The notes below the pieces were generated by a model that saw nothing but the letters and a program-made list of their open reading frames with translations, ran no database searches and was not told the DNA's origin. DNA of 64,000 nucleotides, from assembly GCA_958009085.1 (NCBI GenBank), contig OY253672.1:1426001-1490000 (forward strand), written 5' to 3'. Below, in pieces: positions 62,601-64,000 of this stretch. The position numbers and the translations under genes are program-made. This stretch comes from Protoeuglena noctilucae (Eukaryota). Positions within the stretch are counted from its first letter, which is position 1; every line of letters begins with the position of its first letter.

Positions 62601-62767
62601 TCTCCACGCCCGGCCACAAGGCCATGGTGCAGCGCTGCATCTTCCAGGACCTCACCTGGAGGGAGCCGGCTAAGAAGTGGGAGGGTGTGCTGGAGGAGAT
62701 CGCCTACTCCGAGTCCCAGGCCGTCAAGAAGGCCCAGGTCGCCACGCCCGTCATGGCCATGGCCTAA
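59635..62767 (+). CDS. GBSS: Granule-bound starch synthase with plastid transit peptide
   Basis: [18 protein letters not shown]... transit-like N-terminus, [65 protein letters not shown] and [15 protein letters not shown]. Confidence 0.97.
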
Positions 62768-63279
62768 GCGACTCCCTCTCCCTCGCGTTGCGGGAGGTGG
62801 GCCGCGGGGCCCTCGCACGTTGGGTGGGGGTGACTGCGCACCCCACCGGCGCTCGCGTTTTGCTCCGTCAGGACCGGTCTGATGGCCCTGCAGCTGCCCT
62901 GGCTCGTTCGCTCGCACCCTGAGATCTAGGTTCCCAGTTTCCCACCTCTTATCCATCCTTCTACAGCCAGCCCATGGGCGCCCCGTCCCCCGGTGTGACC
63001 GCTGGCGTGGTGTGGCTGTTGCTTAGCTCCCCCAGCCCACGGCGCTGGCGAGGGATGGACGCAGGCCTCCTTGCCGGCCGTTGTCTACTCGGTTGAAGTG
63101 AACGTCTCGGACAAACGGCTTGTGATAAGGCTAGCACGTGTCACAACACATGCGGACGTCGCTTGGTTGATGGCGTGACCAACAGGCTGTCAGCTGACAC
63201 ATTCAAGCGTTGCTCGGCCTGTCTGCTTGCTCTGACTGACCGCCTGGGACAACAACGCAGTCGTCGACAAGCGCACGCC

Positions 63280-64000
63280 CTATGCCTTGCCCCTGGGCTG
63301 ACGAGCACTCCCGCTTGCACCGCCGCCCGCCCCCGCGCCCCTCCGACCACTCATGTCGTCAACCCCCCCATCCCCGCTCCCCCGCATCATGTCCCTCGCG
63401 GCGTGCGCCAGTCTCTCCGCCTTGGCAGCCCTCACGTATTTGATGGCTGGGTTCATAGTCCATGATGGCTTGCGCAGTCGCAGCATCGACCCAAACACTA
63501 CCTGGTCTGCCGCGTCTGGGAACCCCGCCTGGTGCGCAAGGCTGCGAGTCACCAAAAGACACTCACTTGCAACAAGTCATGAAGGGTGCACAAAGTGACC
63601 CATGCAGCGACTACACATGCACGGACAGCCCACGACTCTCAGACTCGCAACACAAGGCTGCAGTGGCGATGCGATGCGCAGCACACACAACTCTGCCCAG
63701 CCCAGCGTCGCTCGCCTGACGAGTGCGTCCGCGTACGTCACCACATAATGCTCGAACATCATCTTGGGGAATGGGCGGAGCTTAGAGTAAAAGCTTCGAT
63801 CCACCTTCACCGCCTCCCACCGCCGCTTGTCCCGGCACCGCTCCACCCACCGCCAGTCGGCCTTCGCACGGCCCTCTGGTTTCGCGCCGCGCCCCTGAGG
63901 GCCCCGGCCCCGATCTCCCGGCCCGCGGCCACCCCCCGCCCCCGCCCCCGCCCCCGCACCCGCCGCTGCCGCAGCACCCCCATCGCCGCTCGCCGCCACG
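63280..64000 (-). CDS. Partial hypothetical protein running in from beyond the window edge
   Basis: Protein-like segments WRWVERCRDKRRWEAVKVDRSFYSKLRPFPKMMFEHYVV and AGFPDAADQVVFGSMLRLRKP flanked by splice-like sites. I could not resolve the exon join. Confidence 0.45.

Overview
Gene-dense, very GC-rich eukaryotic nuclear DNA with many short spliceosomal introns, so most of the supplied ORF track is spurious or fragmentary. Granule-bound starch synthase with a plastid transit peptide, a class II TPS, a proton-pump interactor and two ciliary genes (AK7-like, SPAG8/FAP143-like) point to a flagellated green alga. The GC content and compactness would fit a pedinophyte-like chlorophyte, but that is inference only. 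I rebuilt about 22 spliced protein-coding genes by hand: AK7-like, SEM1/DSS1, TAF11, a small LEA-like protein, a Ser/His-type PLP decarboxylase, KAE1, two beta-helix proteins, a DHHC acyltransferase, SPAG8-like, F-box-ankyrin, ankyrin-MYND, PP2A B'', MUTYH, CD36/LIMP-2-like, PPAN, eIF1, PPI-like, BTB-BACK, TPS class II, GBSS and one partial unknown gene. There is also a 200-N assembly gap. I found no tRNA, rRNA, CRISPR array or transposon, and no clear novel multi-gene system. The most striking signal is the very frequent use of non-canonical GC-AG introns: about 16-18 candidates, roughly one intron in seven by hand count. Other notable points are a DHHC enzyme that has lost half of its zinc ligands, a poor start context on eIF1, and coding exons the ORF track misses. 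Coordinates are gene spans including introns, and exon boundaries are manual predictions.
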